This document shows, one piece after another, positions 1 through 13,679 of a stretch of 64,000 nt of DNA. The notes under the pieces are model-generated. The model did not search any database. It had not been told where the DNA came from and saw only the letters and a program-made list of their open reading frames with translations. The DNA comes from Octopus sinensis (taxonomy: Eukaryota), in the NCBI RefSeq assembly GCF_006345805.1, contig NC_043001.1, forward strand, positions 78,864,001 through 78,928,000, read 5' to 3'. Both the position numbers and the translations under genes were made by a program. How positions within the stretch are numbered: position 1 is the first letter of the stretch; the number at the start of each line of letters is the position of its first letter.

Positions 1-654
1 CGGTTTCTGTTCTGATTTTTTTTTTTTTTTTTTTACATTTGTGTTCCTTTATTCAGATAAAATTTCGTCGGTGATATGAGGACAGCAGTGGTAGAGAGGC
101 AGATGGATGTAGAAGCAGAAGTGAGTAAGTGAGGGGGTGAATGAGTGAGTGAGAGAGAGAGAGAGAGAGAGAGAAAGTGGGAGAGAAAGTGAGAGCTGGG
201 GAAACAAAGACAGCGAGATAAAGAAGAAAAGAGAGAACGAAAGGAAAAAGTAAGAAGGAAAGAAACGAGAGGAAAAAAGAAATAGCGAAAGAACGAAAGG
301 AGGAAAGAAAGAAAGATAGAAGTAAATAGATGAGATCACGTAACATCTTTGTGTCTGATACTAATAGCAAATATGATTACGAGATTTTAAATGGATTCTG
401 TAGTTTTTCCAATAAAAAAATTATAAAATTTGTTTCCTCACAACTTCCAGAAAAATGGATACTTTTTAATGCAATTTTCTACAAATAACTTTCTGACGGT
501 GTAGAATCCTATTACAATGGGAATTTTTTATGAAAAAAATTTTGAGAAAGGTGAAAAGATCTTCAGATAATTCACAATTGTCGAATTTGTTTCTTCATAA
601 CATATAGAAAAATGGGTATTTTTTTAACGTAATTTTCGGAGATAGCTTTCGTTC

Positions 655-905
655 AGAGGGTCTGTGTTTATGACTTAGTGGTGGGGCACAAGCACAAGCG
701 CAGAGACACATATAAATACAATAGATACATATACACACATATATACGACAGACTTCTCTCAGTTTCCTTCTACCAAATCCACTTTCAAGGTCTTGTTTGC
801 TCCGATCTATAGTAGATGACATTTACCAAAAGTGCTGCGCAGTCGAACTGAACACAATGCCACATAATTGGAAAGCAAGCTTCTTAAATACGCGGCGTGG
901 TCCAT
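655..905 (-). mobile_element. SINE family B, 5' half, degenerate
   Basis: CTTCTCTCAGTTTCCTTCTACCAAATCCAC...AAGCAAGCTTCTT is the reverse complement of the 41713 head. Confidence 0.7.
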
Positions 906-1199
906 GACTATATCGGAATTTAAATATAACAAAAATATAAGCCTGCACACATACATACTGACACATTCTTTTTTTTTTTTTTTGTTTCTTCAATATTTGG
1001 TTAGTATCTGTAGATAATACAACCCAGTTGTTTTTCGTAAGATACAGTTAGGAGTGTTTCGCTTATTGCCGTCTGTCTTCGGAATTAATCTTTGGCTGAA
1101 ATTCTCTGGTGAAATATTGGATAATTGGCTAAGCAATGGCTGCTCAGTGTTTATCTCAGAATGTATTTCTATTGACTTTCTAAGCATATAAATATGAAA

Positions 1200-1405
1200 G
1201 AAATGGCAGGAGCATTTGTCAGAACAAAATACCTTGTATGTGGTATTTCTTCTAGATCTTCACCTTCTGTTTTCAGCTCACAATGAGGTCGACTTAGCCT
1301 TTTATCCTATCGAGCTCGGTAAAAATAAGTACTACTGGATTCAGTGGCATTGACAATCCCCCTCCTCCACAAAAACTGGTGACCTTTCGCCACAATTTGA
1401 AATTA
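1200..1405 (+). mobile_element. SINE family A (tRNA-like head, conserved GGTCGAC..GCCTTTCATCC central domain), degenerate
   Basis: GAGGTCGACTTAGCCTTTTATCC...AAGTAC core, (ATT)n tail. Confidence 0.65.
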
Positions 1406-1544
1406 TTATCATTATTATTATTATTATCATTTCGTATACGCACAGCATGTTACACTGTTGCAGAAAGAAATTCCTAAAATCGGGCTACAGCAAGTAACCT
1501 TAGATGCCAAAAAGTTTCCAAACTATTCTAGGTGTCTTTAATAC

Positions 1545-2972
1545 TATTATTATCTGGACCTTATGTTTTATGTCCGTTTGCTTTATCTATCTGTTCAAAG
1601 CTTTAGGGATATTTCCTATTGCACCTATACCCACGGAGAAACATTTTACCGCAATTTCCATAGCGTCTTTAACTTAATAGCTTGATCCTCATAGTCTGCT
1701 ATTTTTACGGTACCTCCCATATTGACTTTCTCAGTATTTTCGACTGTAAAGTCCATTGCTTGACACTTTCTATTCTCTTCGTCTACAATTACTAAATTAG
1801 GTCTTCTAACTTCTATTACACTAGTAGTCTGAATGTGAAAATCCCACATTTTAAATTCTTACTTTCTAGCACTTTACTAGATTCTTGTTCATATAACTTA
1901 TCAGAAATCCTACCTTTCTGCATAACTTCTGTGGGGATTATTCTCCCTAGGTTGTCATGTCTTTTATTCTTTCTGTGCAAGCATACTGTAATCACTAACT
2001 ACATGAAAAACATTTTATTGCTTTGATTTACACAACCTACACTGAGAAACTACCTGACTTTTGTCCATCTTGGCTATTATACAATTAGTCCTCAACGTTT
2101 AATCTTGTGCTGCTTCTAACAAACTTTCTGTCTCCCTTCTCAGCCTTCATTTCCGAAATGTCTCACTATTTCTATTTTCTGCCGCTATCTTTGGAAATCT
2201 ATGCAAAGCCTTATCTTGACAGTCAGATAATTTTGCATCTTCTTTCGGATATTTAATTTCATTTGGGTTTTTGGTTTCCTTATCTTCTACTGTTGTTCTA
2301 AAAGGCTCTTGATAAAATTACTTCACTGTTACCTACACAGGAAGCTATAACTATTTTAGCTAATCCCAAACGCTATTTTAAAAATATTAAATATATATAA
2401 ACTTCCTTTCAAGGTAAATATAGTTTTGCTATTGCTACTCTTGGATGAAGTCCTCCATTCAAACCGAATTCTTTCCTAGTTCTGGCTTGATTTGCTTGTT
2501 CGAAATATTTCCAATCTATAAAAGCTGCCAAAATCCTTACGACCTTCACTAAATTCAGGGCATTTGGCTTCCGCTTTGCTAACTTCATCACACTTTCCAT
2601 TTTTGATTTTATTTCTATAGTTAGTACTCTGTCAGATGTCAACAACCCTAGATTTTTATAACTTTTTCTTTCAATGACTGTAATGTCTTGCCATCAGGTA
2701 ACCGAAGGCCTTCAATGATGTCTACCTGTTCTTTTTTATGACTAATATTGCACACTTACCTATGACAAATTCCTTTGCAATATCTTTGCTATAAAATCTT
2801 AAAGTATGTATTAACGAGTTGATCACTTTTTTATCCTTAGTAAAAAGTTTCAAATTATCCGCATAGAGAAAATGGTAAATTTTTCCTTTACTATCTCTAA
2901 ATTGATAACTTGTCATTGCCTTCTTTGATACAACACTGGGGTGGGAAACTAAACGTAACACAAATATTTAAG
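1545..2972 (-). mobile_element. Degenerate, 5'-truncated RLE-type non-LTR retrotransposon (R4/Dong-like): RT, CCHC knuckle and restriction-like endonuclease
   Basis: Minus-strand translations give the RT motif FLYADNLKLF...EFVIGKCAILVIKK (2722-2961), a knuckle remnant CRLCKSKQ*NVFHVV...LAQKE (~1950-2050) and the RLE motif WDFHIQT..IEVRRPNLVIVD (1646-1849). Many stops and frameshifts. (AAT)n on the element strand at the 5' side (2975-3030), and a short AAT run at the 3' side. Confidence 0.85.
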
Positions 2973-2975
2973 GGG

Positions 2976-3018
<43 letters not shown>

Positions 3019-3034
3019 TATATTATTGTATTAA

Positions 3035-3420
3035 AACTCATTGTGTATGATGGAAAGTGTCAGCTGTCCACAGCGAGAAGACTAAGGTGACACTTGCTTT
3101 ACTTGAAGTTCCAGGTAATGCTGAGTTTTGTAGGTGTTCTACCTTCACACTTGCACCGATCTTTTTCAGCCATGTTGGTAGTTGAGCGCTGATACTTCAA
3201 AGTGCACCAATTACTATTGTCCACACTCCAAATGCACATTCTTCATTGACCACAACCTTCATATTTCACACTTTAAATCGTCGCAGCTGTTTATTTTTTC
3301 TTCTTCTTTCAAATGGATCCTGTTATCACCGGAGCAGACTATGTCGATTATCATACACGTTCTTTCTTTTCTTTTCACCACAACAATGTCCGATTTCCGA
3401 TGCCTGGTCAGGTGATCACA
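3035..3420 (-). mobile_element. 3' fragment (RLE domain) of a second RLE-type LINE
   Basis: Minus translation RHRKSDIVVVKRKERTCMIIDIVCSGDNRIHLKEEEK..DDLKCEI*RLWSMK matches the RPD...IID..EK.Y RLE core. Its tail is the (AAT)n array at 2975-3030. Confidence 0.75.
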
Positions 3421-3489
3421 CCTGACCAGATAATGTATCCCATAGAATTTTTCAATTTTCGGTGACTCCTGGTGGGGTTTGACAAGGCA

Positions 3490-3696
3490 TCGAGCTAGCA
3501 GAATAGTTAGTAGACCTCGCGAAATACTTAGTAGTATTTCGTCCGTCGGAAAGTTCTGAGTTCAAATTACGCCGAGATCGTCTTTGCCTTTCATCCTTTC
3601 GGGGTCAATAAATTAAGTACCAGTGAAACACTAGGGTCGATTTAATCGACACATCCCCTCCCCCAAAATGGCTGCCCTTATGGCAAAATTTGAATT

Positions 3697-3697
<1 letters not shown>
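3490..3697 (+). mobile_element. SINE family A
   Basis: GAGCTAGCAGAATAGTTAG head (A-box-like), GAGTTCAAATT B-box, GCCTTTCATCCTTTCGGGGTC core; followed by ATC/GTC/ATT repeats. Confidence 0.85.
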
Positions 3698-4640
<943 letters not shown>

Positions 4641-4659
4641 TATTAATAATAAAAGTACC

Positions 4660-4872
4660 TCTTAGACGGAAACTATGTAGAAGCCCGTCATATATATGTT
4701 TTTGTGCGTGTATATGTGTGTGTCTTTGTGTCTCTGCTTTCCTCCCACATTTGTCAACATGTGTTGGTTTATTTATTTCTCCATAATTTGGCGGTTTATC
4801 AGGAGACACAGAGAGAATAAAAAAGCGTGCTCCAGCATGGCCGGGTTCCAGTGACTGAAACAAGTAAAAGAA
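4660..4872 (+). mobile_element. SINE family B, 3' half
   Basis: TAGACGGAAACT..GAAGCCCGTC then GTGCTCCAGCATGGCC...TGACTGAAACAAGTAAAAG. Confidence 0.7.
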
Positions 4873-5079
4873 GTATGATTTATATTTTAGTTATACTTAG
4901 AGAGGAAGAGATACAGGGAGGGAGAGAATTATGATATACTTTTTTCTTTACTCGAGCCCTATGACACATAAGGCCCTATAACTCATAAGGTTCTATGAAT
5001 CATAAAGCCGGCTCGCCGCTTTCACTAGCGTTTAAGCGACCGAGATCACAATAACTCCTATTGAAATCATTGCTGAGTC

Positions 5080-5500
5080 CAAAGCCCACAATTTGGAAAA
5101 GAGGTAACAAAACGAATACGTCGACATCTAAAATTTGACTAATACTTTATTTTATCGACTGCCAATGAGATGAAAGGTTGCTATAAAAAAGTTACCTCAG
5201 TGGGATTTGAACTCAAAACTTAAAGAGCCTGGAGAAATGCTGCTAAGCATTTAATCTGAAGCCCTGGCAACACTGTTAGTTTAACTCCTTTGGTTTGAAA
5301 TTTTGGCACCAGTCCAGCAAATTTAGCGGGAGGAGAATAATCAATTGATTAATCACAGTATATGTTTAGTAGTTAATTTTAGCGGCCCCGAAGTGATGAA
5401 AGATTAAGATGACGCTGATAGGTTTTGAACACAGAACTTAAAATACCGGGAAAAATACTGCTTTTCATTTTGTCCAACGTGTTACCAATTCTGCCAGTTA
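5080..5500 (-). mobile_element. Two degenerate SINE family A copies in tandem
   Basis: Reverse-complement hallmarks GATGAAAGG, TTTGAACTCAAAAC, GCTAAGCATTT and TTCTGCCAG. Confidence 0.6.
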
Positions 5501-6562
5501 AAAACCTTGATGAGAGGCATACACAGAGAAAATATAAAAGTTGTTCAATTTTTGCGATGGATGTTGATATATATCAAGTGGGATTAAGTCTTATTGTGTT
5601 TGTCGTTTAGTTAACTCGTAATTATTATTGTTGCAGCTATTGTTGGTGTGGTGTTGGTAGTGGAGATAGTTGAAGGTATAGTCATTATTCTGGATTAAAT
5701 ATTTTCACATAACTTTGCATATGTGTTATTGCGTGTTTTTATGTGTATGTGTATGTTTTTGATCGTCTTATTTGTAACAATACGTGTGTATGTTTGTTTA
5801 TATTTGTGTCTATGTTTGTTTATATATTAATTGGGGCATAAATCTGTCTGGTACTTTAAATGTCAGAGCAATTAAATTTATATCAACATCATCGTTATTA
5901 TCATAATTGTCTTCCCCTTCGTCCTCCTCCTCGTCATCATCCTTGTTACCGTCGTCGTATTCGTAGTCGTTTTCATCATAGTCGTTGTGGTCATGATAAT
6001 CGTCATCATCGCCATAATCATATAACGCTCACGCATTCCTTTGACTACATAGAACAACAGTCCAAATCACCAATCTTCAACAAATCTCATCCTGTCGCCG
6101 TTAAATGGAATAGTTATTTTGGAAAATGTAGTCCATTATATATACAAAAACCGAAAAAGATAATAGCCCACAAAATGTTTTTGATCATAATCGTGATAAA
6201 GTGTGGTTGATTTGGAGCTAAACAACTATTAAGTATTGATGTACTTTTATATTTGACTTGTTTTAGCCATTGGACAGGACGTTGAATGGTTTTGCTGTGC
6301 GTGAGTTCGATGCTCCTTGGCGAGAATGACCTGACCCACTATATATAAATAGTAGCAGTCTGAGTAAGTGAGGCAGTTTGTTCATTTTCATCCGTTATTA
6401 TAATGTATTTATTCACTATATGTAATCTCATCCGATAAGTCCCCGACTTCTATTTGTCTCGTGTATTGTTCCCTCTTTGTTTAAACTTTGTGCTCTTAAT
6501 AAAATCATCGTGCTAGTTCCAAATAATGCTATGAGGATAAAAAATAAACCTTTTTTATAATG

Positions 6563-6890
6563 TTATTCAATAAAGTCACCTTTAGCTTCAACAGCTGCTT
6601 GTCTATGAGATCTAAATCAACTTCATCCTCGAATCAAGTGGTCCTGGTTCGTTTGGGCATTACTCTGACTATGTAGCTTTCAAAGAATCTTTGGAGTAAT
6701 GGGCGTGTTCATTGACTTCCCTCTCAACAACGCTCCACATGTAATAGTCCATTAGCTTAAGATCTTGGGAATTAGAAGGCTAAATGTTAGGGGTTATGTG
6801 ATCATGAAAATTTTCAGCCATCCATTCCTATGTTACTAGAGCCATGTGTGATAGTGCAGACACTTACTGAAACACATATGGTCTTCTATT
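6563..6890 (-). mobile_element. Tc1/mariner (maT/DD37D-like) transposase C-terminal relic
   Basis: YVFQ*VSALSHMALVT*EWMAENFHDHITPNI*PSNSP...MDYYMWSVVEREVN...VEAKGDFIE*, with stops and frameshifts. Confidence 0.8.
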
Positions 6891-7534
6891 GCATGAAATG
6901 TATATTATTTATTTTTGACTGCTCCTTTAAAATATACAAATACAGTCCACAAATTTCTGCCTTGCATATCACATCCACAGCGCCTGGGTAGATAAATGCT
7001 AGGATTAAATGAATAGATCCTTAGCCAAGACGACACTCTAAAGATTCCAAATCTGGATCTCCTGGTGACGGAGTGAACGTTTGACAGGTGCTGATCCAAG
7101 TCTGCTTCCATTTGGGTATGTATACAGGTTTGAACAAACAAGGCTAGATGTTTCAGAAATTTGATTCGGAATCACATGGTACTGGAATCTATCCGAAGGC
7201 TCTGCATCAAGTACAGACGTGTTCCAGTTCAAATCTTGTATGCCATGAAATTGTTTGGTATTTTCTCTTCATTGCAAACAAAGCTGGGCGAAGTAGGGTG
7301 CGTAGAAATACGAAATATCAAAGTGAATATCAAATGTGTTCGGTTGGATTTCAGAATTAACGCAAGTTTAGTGTGAGTATAGAGGTTACATTGTAGATGT
7401 ATGATTGAAGATGCCACAGCTGCTGCTGCTGCTGATGCTGATGATAATGATTACGAAGAGGTGAAAGATGATGTTTTAAGATAATTTGATGACGAAGATG
7501 ATGATGATGACGACGATGATGATGATGTCTACAA

Positions 7535-7740
7535 AAGGCACAAAGCCTGAAATTTTGTGGGGTGGGTTGCTATTCGATTACATCTACTCCAGTGTATCAC
7601 TGTTTTTTTAGTTTATCGACCCTGAAAGTATGAAAGGCAAAGTCGACCTCGGCGGAATTTGAACTTAGAACATAAAGCCAGACGGAATGCTACTAAGCAT
7701 TTTGCCCCGCATGCTAACGATTCTGCCAGTTGGTCGCTTT
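7535..7740 (-). mobile_element. SINE family A
   Basis: TGAAAGGCAAAGTCGACCTCGGCGGAATTTGAACTTAGAAC...GCTAACGATTCTGCCAG; (AAT)n adjacent at 7748-7900. Confidence 0.9.
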
Positions 7741-7771
7741 AATGTTGGTAATAATAATAATAATGATGATG

Positions 7772-7837
<66 letters not shown>

Positions 7838-7842
7838 TAATG

Positions 7843-7895
<53 letters not shown>

Positions 7896-8354
7896 CATGA
7901 TAGTAACAACAATAATTGTTATAATGATTTCTTTAGATGCGATTATGAGACTGGTGTTGTGTGCCTCGAATGCAAGAAAATAATAACAACAATAATAACA
8001 AAAAGTACTGTAATAGAATATATAAAAAAACACATGCCCACCCGACAAAAAATACAACAGAAATAGAACGTAAACAAACGAAGAAATACTCAATAAAACA
8101 ACAACATCGAATACTCTTTGAAAGCAGATTTTAAAAGGTTCTGTAGATAAATTCCAAAGGGCTTAGTAACCTTTCAGTATTTCTTTCCTTGGGTGTTTGT
8201 TAATAGCAACAGTCGTGTATTATATTGGCCCACTGGGAATTTACTAATGGCGTTCTATCTAACATTTATCTGATAGGGAAGTCATTATTTTTTTCTGTTT
8301 CTTCTTTCGCGGTTTTTTGAGAGTGCAGTTTATAAAGTTCGATAGATGTTTACA

Positions 8355-8790
8355 TTTCATACATACATACATACATACATACATACATACATACATACAT
8401 ACATACATACATACATACAAACGTATGTACGTACGTACGTTCATATGTATGTATATATATATACATATATATACACATATATACATTTATATATGTATGT
8501 ATATATATGTGTATATACATATATATGTATATATGTATATATGTATATATATATATATATATATGTATTTACATATATATATATATATGTGTATCTATCT
8601 ATCCATTTATAAATATGTATATATGTGTATATACAATGTGTGTGTCTGTGTATGTATTATGTACGTATATGCGTATTCATGCAATAAAACACACAGGCAT
8701 TCACTCACACACATACAAATAAATATATATATGTATGTATATCTATATGTTTACACACACACATTCACACACATACACACACGCGCGCGC
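8355..8790. repeat. (ACAT)n/(AT)n/(AC)n compound microsatellite
   Basis: Directly visible. Confidence 0.98.
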
Positions 8791-8904
8791 GTAATGGTAC
8801 GTGTGAGTATACGATCAATTTGCACTTTTGTAAAGTTTCTGTTTATCTACACTTTCTTTCGTGATCTCTCGCGGATTTAAATAAAATAATAATATGAAAA
8901 GTGG

Positions 8905-9426
8905 GGCCTAGAGAGAGGATAGACGTGGTAGGAGCACAAAGCGCAGAGATTTTCGGAGTAGGACACTAACAAAATCCTCTCTGATTTCCCAATCCAAACA
9001 GATCAGGTGTTAGAGCATAACAGACCGAACTTAGATGTAGTGGGCTAGGTGCACCACATATGCTATACAGCTGATGTTGCATGCCCCTTTGACTCACGAA
9101 TAGTCAAGAAGGAAAGTGAAAAGATAGATAAATACAACCCTCTGAAGTATGAAATAGTCTGGCTATAGAAATTGAAGAAGGTGAAGATAGTGCCAAATAT
9201 TGTTGGGTCTTTGGATCAATATCGGAAGGCATCAAGGGAAATATAAGGAAATTGGAATAGAGTGCCCAGTAGAACTGTTACGAAAGATTGCCTTCTTGAC
9301 ACGGCCATAATAATCAGGAAAGTATTAGATAGCTGAATAGTATGAATTGTATGGTACCGTAGTCTGCAGGTAGCAAGCTCGCTGTGTATGTAAAACTCCA
9401 GGAGCTCCAACAAAACCTGTGATATA

Positions 9427-9427
<1 letters not shown>
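8905..9427 (+). mobile_element. 3' fragment of an RLE-type LINE with 3' UTR
   Basis: Plus translation W*EHK...KILSDFPIQTDQVLEHNRPNL...DVACPFDSRIVKKESEKIDKYNPLKYEI...IIRKVLDS*, then about 90 bp of UTR, then (AAT)n from 9428. Confidence 0.8.
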
Positions 9428-9485
<58 letters not shown>

Positions 9486-9508
9486 TAATAATAATAATGA
9501 TAATAATA

Positions 9509-9930
9509 CACACAGATAGAGAAATTAAGGCCAACAGACCAGATATAGTTGTCAGAGATCATGAACAAAAAAATGCTTTCTAATTGATGTTTCAATACCA
9601 GCAGATGACAACGTGTCTCTTCAAAATACAAAGAACTGGAAATAGAGGTAACCAGAATGTGGAATCTAAAAACAGAAACAATTCCTATCATAGTAGGAGC
9701 ATTAGGCATGATAAAAAATATTCAGACATATACATAACAAAAACACCAGGATTTACAAACACATATAACATACAGAAAATTGCACTACTAGGCACTGCAC
9801 ACATCTTACGCAGAACATTTTCCATACTCTGACCATCAGAGCATCACAACAAATCACAGCACATACCCAAGTAACACAGAGCTGCGCTCGGTAGTGAAGT
9901 GAAAGCACGCTATAAAAATAAAACTACTGA
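9509..9930 (+). mobile_element. Relatively well preserved 5'-truncated RLE-type LINE, bracketed by (AAT)n
   Basis: TDREIKANRPDIVVRDHEQK..FLIDVSIPADDNVSL then EIEVTRMWNLKTETIPIIVGALGMIKK...IQKIALLGTAHILRRT. The 3' UTR ends ATAAAACTACTG followed by (AAT)n; (AAT)n also lies immediately 5'. Confidence 0.9.
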
Positions 9931-9950
9931 ATAATAATAATAATAATAAT

Positions 9951-10006
<56 letters not shown>

Positions 10007-10225
10007 TGATTATGATGATGATGAGGAGGAGGAGGATGAGGGGGATGAGGGGCAGGAGGAGGAGGAGCAGGAGGAGTAGGAGGAGAGGAGAAGAGAAGAA
10101 GAAGAAGGAAGAAGGTAGAAAAGAGAAGAAGAAGAAGAAGAAGAAGAAGAAGAAGAAGAAGAAGAAGAAGAAGAAGAAGAAGAAGAAGAAGAAGAAGAAG
10201 AAGAAGAAGAAAAAGAAGAAGAAAA
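9930..10225. repeat. (AAT)n-(GAG)n-(AAG)n compound microsatellite
   Basis: Directly visible. Confidence 0.98.
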
Positions 10226-10227
10226 AT

Positions 10228-10422
10228 GATGATTTCAAATTTTGGCACGAGGGCAGAAATGTCGGTGTAAGTAATAAGATGATTACATCGAGCCCAGTGT
10301 CCAACTGATATTTATTTGACCGACTTCGAAGGGATGAAAGGTAAAGTTGACCACAGCGTAACATGATCTCAGAACGTAAAGGTAGACAAAATTTCTGTTA
10401 AGCATTTCGCCCAGCATGCTTG
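10228..10422 (-). mobile_element. SINE family A abutting the Tc1 relic
   Basis: GATGAAAGGTAAAGTTGACC...CTCAGAACGTAAA...AAGCATTTCGCCC. Confidence 0.8.
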
Positions 10423-10424
10423 TA

Positions 10425-10775
10425 GATATCATTATTGAGTCCATTGTAGACGAATAAGTGGACCAGGATTAGCAGCATAGATCACTCACCATAGCATTAC
10501 ATTGCCACCTCCATATTTCTCTGTCGTTTTCACACATGCCCGAGATAACCTTTCGCCACTTTTTCGTCGGACGTACAACCCGACATTGGAACCAATCATA
10601 TTAAACTTCGATTCATCGCAACAATGAACATGCAACCATTGTCCTTCTGTCCAAGCGACATGTTCGTGAATGAAACACAGACAGGCACTTTGTTTCTTCT
10701 TGGAGATCAGAGGCTTCTGTGCCTGTGCCTGAGCAAACAACGCAAAGGCATGTAATCTCCTTAGGAATGATTATG
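10425..10775 (-). mobile_element. Tc1-family transposase relic
   Basis: KPLISKK...HVAWTEGQWLHVHCCDESKFNMIGSN...YVRRKSGERL...KYGGGNVMLW: the first catalytic D (DESKF) and the GGG motif of Tc1. Confidence 0.85.
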
Positions 10776-11042
10776 TTTTCTTCGTTACTGACTTAGAATA
10801 TCTCAAATGTATGCGTAAGTGAAAAAGCACATGCTTATCCCATTCTAATTGTTTAAAAGTTACATAGAGAAACTGATAGCAAAGCGTCGCTTTGACGGAG
10901 AAAAGACACGATTTAAGGATGAACCTTTCTGTAACAGGAAAATACACACAAATGATTTACATTAATACATACCTATAAGGCATCTTCGATATTCTGTTTA
11001 TAATTTTCGATACTGGAAATTTGGTGAATATTGTTTCGACAG

Positions 11043-11107
11043 GTATAGTAAAAATTTGCCAAATTTATGAATTTCTTGTTGACTTTATAGAAATCCTGCA
11101 GATGAAT
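11043..11107 (+). CDS. Candidate internal exon of an unidentified host gene: (G)IVKICQIYEFLVDFIEILQMN
   Basis: TTGTTTCGACAG acceptor, AAT|GTAAGT donor, one open frame (phase 1 to 0). No homology recognised; a competing minus-strand exon-like frame overlaps it. Confidence 0.25.
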
Positions 11108-11447
11108 GTAAGTTGTTTCAAATATAGTTTTATGGCATTAACTCGTCCGAAAGCTATACTAGACGTTAGTGTATTGATTGCAAAGTTTTATATGTGAATG
11201 TGTATACACAATACACATATTCACGCATATATATATATATAATATATATATACATAACTGTAAGTATGCATATGTCTGTATGGGCAGTGTAGAGGTGTGA
11301 TTATTCTCATTATAACAGATTTGCTATCAGGAAATTCTAATACACAATTAGACGCTCATTTTCTGTTACGTATTTATTAGTTGCTTGTAAATACAAATGT
11401 ACATACACACACGCACTTTACAAAACCACCACACAACACATACTAAC

Positions 11448-11488
<41 letters not shown>

Positions 11489-11764
11489 GTATCTGATTAT
11501 AGCTCTGTACATGTTAGAAATTCTGTCGAGACAATTATATAAGTCCACCGTTTGGGCATGATTAATAACGCATATTCTTGATACATTGGACATCTCCTCT
11601 CAAAGATCAAACCAAATCCAAGAATACAATCAAAACTCATAATAGTAAAAAAAAATCAAGTACATATACTATTAAAAATTTTAATAACAGCAAGAGTCTT
11701 ATTAACAATAATAGCATGGGACCTAGAAATATTAATAACGGAACGCCAAGAATATTGCGAATAA

Positions 11765-11821
11765 GGCTGCTGCTGCTGCTGCTGCTGCTACTACTACTAC
11801 TACTACTACTGGTACTACTGG

Positions 11822-11870
<49 letters not shown>

Positions 11871-11996
11871 GGTACTACTACTACAACTGCTACCACCCCA
11901 GCTGATGATGATGATGATGATAATGACAACGACCATGATAACGATATCAACAGCAACAGCAACAAACACCAGTTCAAAGAACAGTAATAACAATTG

Positions 11997-12058
<62 letters not shown>

Positions 12059-12754
12059 CATTATTATTATTATTAATATTATTAATAATAATAATAATAA
12101 TGTTGAGAAGAGAGGGTGTAAAAAGATGGAGAAGAAGAAGAAGAAGAAGAAGAAGAAGAAGAAGAAGAAGAAGAAGAAGAAGAAGAAGAAGAAGAAGAAG
12201 AAGAAGAAGAAGAAGAAGAAGAAGAAGAGAAAAAAGTAGAAGAGAAAGAATGATTATGATAATAATGATTATAAAAATAGTAAGAATTTAATAAGCGAAT
12301 AAAATGCGACCCTGGGCATAGCAGTTAATAGTCTACAAAAATGACTTACTTCCCCTTTTATTGAAGCTCTTTTGTAATTTTTCCTAGCTGTAATTACTAG
12401 TATTAAGTTTGTGTAGCGAAAGCCTGGCAGGATAAGAGCAGAGAAGCCAGATGCAATGAAAATTATTACAGTCCTCTCTATCTCCACCTATCTCAGCTAT
12501 TACCAACGAAACACGCTAATTTTTACATGTAAATTCAGATGGTTGTAGATATATAAAGTAACCTAATTGGATTCCCTCTTTTTAAATATTTTACCATGCT
12601 TTCTTTCATTTTATGTATTTGCAGTCATTTATGCGAGCTTCATACACACGCACACACACACACACACACAATCACTCACACTTGCACACGTGCACGCATT
12701 CACATATACATGCATGTGTGAGGGTGTGCCTGTATCTACATACGTACGTAGATG

Positions 12755-12807
<53 letters not shown>

Positions 12808-13083
12808 GCCCACGCATACGCATATATTGTGTGTGTGTGCATATACACATACATACATACATACATACATACATACATACATACATACATACATACATAC
12901 ATACATGCATACATACATACATACATACATAGGCATAGAGAGTTCTCCGCAATATTCTATTAAGGCCTCTGTTAGAAAATTAGGAATAATTTTAATAGGC
13001 AATCACTTATTAAAGCGGGAATAGTTATCTATTGATCGATCCCGTTTATAGATGGAGGCGCGTGTACATATAAATACACACAC

Positions 13084-13114
<31 letters not shown>

Positions 13115-13218
13115 ATGATATATAAATATGTATATATAAATATACATACAAATATATATATATATATATATACAAACATACATATATAATATAGATAGAT
13201 ATATTTTGTGTGTGTGCT

Positions 13219-13254
<36 letters not shown>

Positions 13255-13265
13255 TGTGTGTGCGT
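11765..13265. repeat. Compound CTG/CTA/ATG/ATT/AAG arrays followed by TA/ACAT/GT arrays
   Basis: Directly visible. Confidence 0.95.
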
Positions 13266-13439
13266 ACGTGCTACGTGATGCCATATTTGTTTATCTGAAT
13301 TTTCTTCACATTTATTATGTTGCTTTAAAATGGAATCAGATTATCGTATGATGAAATATTTGAATACAAACGCGATGCATGAATTCTAAACGCACACATG
13401 CATTTGCACTCACTTTATACACATAAATATTTTAAGTTT

Positions 13440-13635
13440 TACTTTTTTCAGTCATTAGACAGCGGCCATGCTGAAGCACCGCCTCGAACCACTTTTACTC
13501 GAATGTATCAACTCTAGGACCTTTTAAAGCCTGGTATTTATTCTATCGAACATTTAATGCGAAGCGTTAAGTTATGGGAAGGTAAAAACACCAACACCTG
13601 TTGTCAAATGATGATGGGGATACACATGCAGTCAT
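13440..13635 (-). mobile_element. SINE family B, 3' half
   Basis: CAGTCATT..ACAGCGGCCATGCTGAAGCACCGCCT is the reverse complement of the family B tail. Confidence 0.75.
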
Positions 13636-13679
13636 ATATATATATATATATATATATACACTCACACACACATGGTGCG

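Noticed and set aside
57-120. Strong acceptor plus GTGAGT/GTAAGT donors
   Set aside because: All three frames contain stops; it could only be a UTR or start/stop exon, which is unsupported.
6240-6520. Possible solo LTR (TATATAAA then AATAAA)
   Set aside because: No TG..CA termini, TSD or second copy could be identified.
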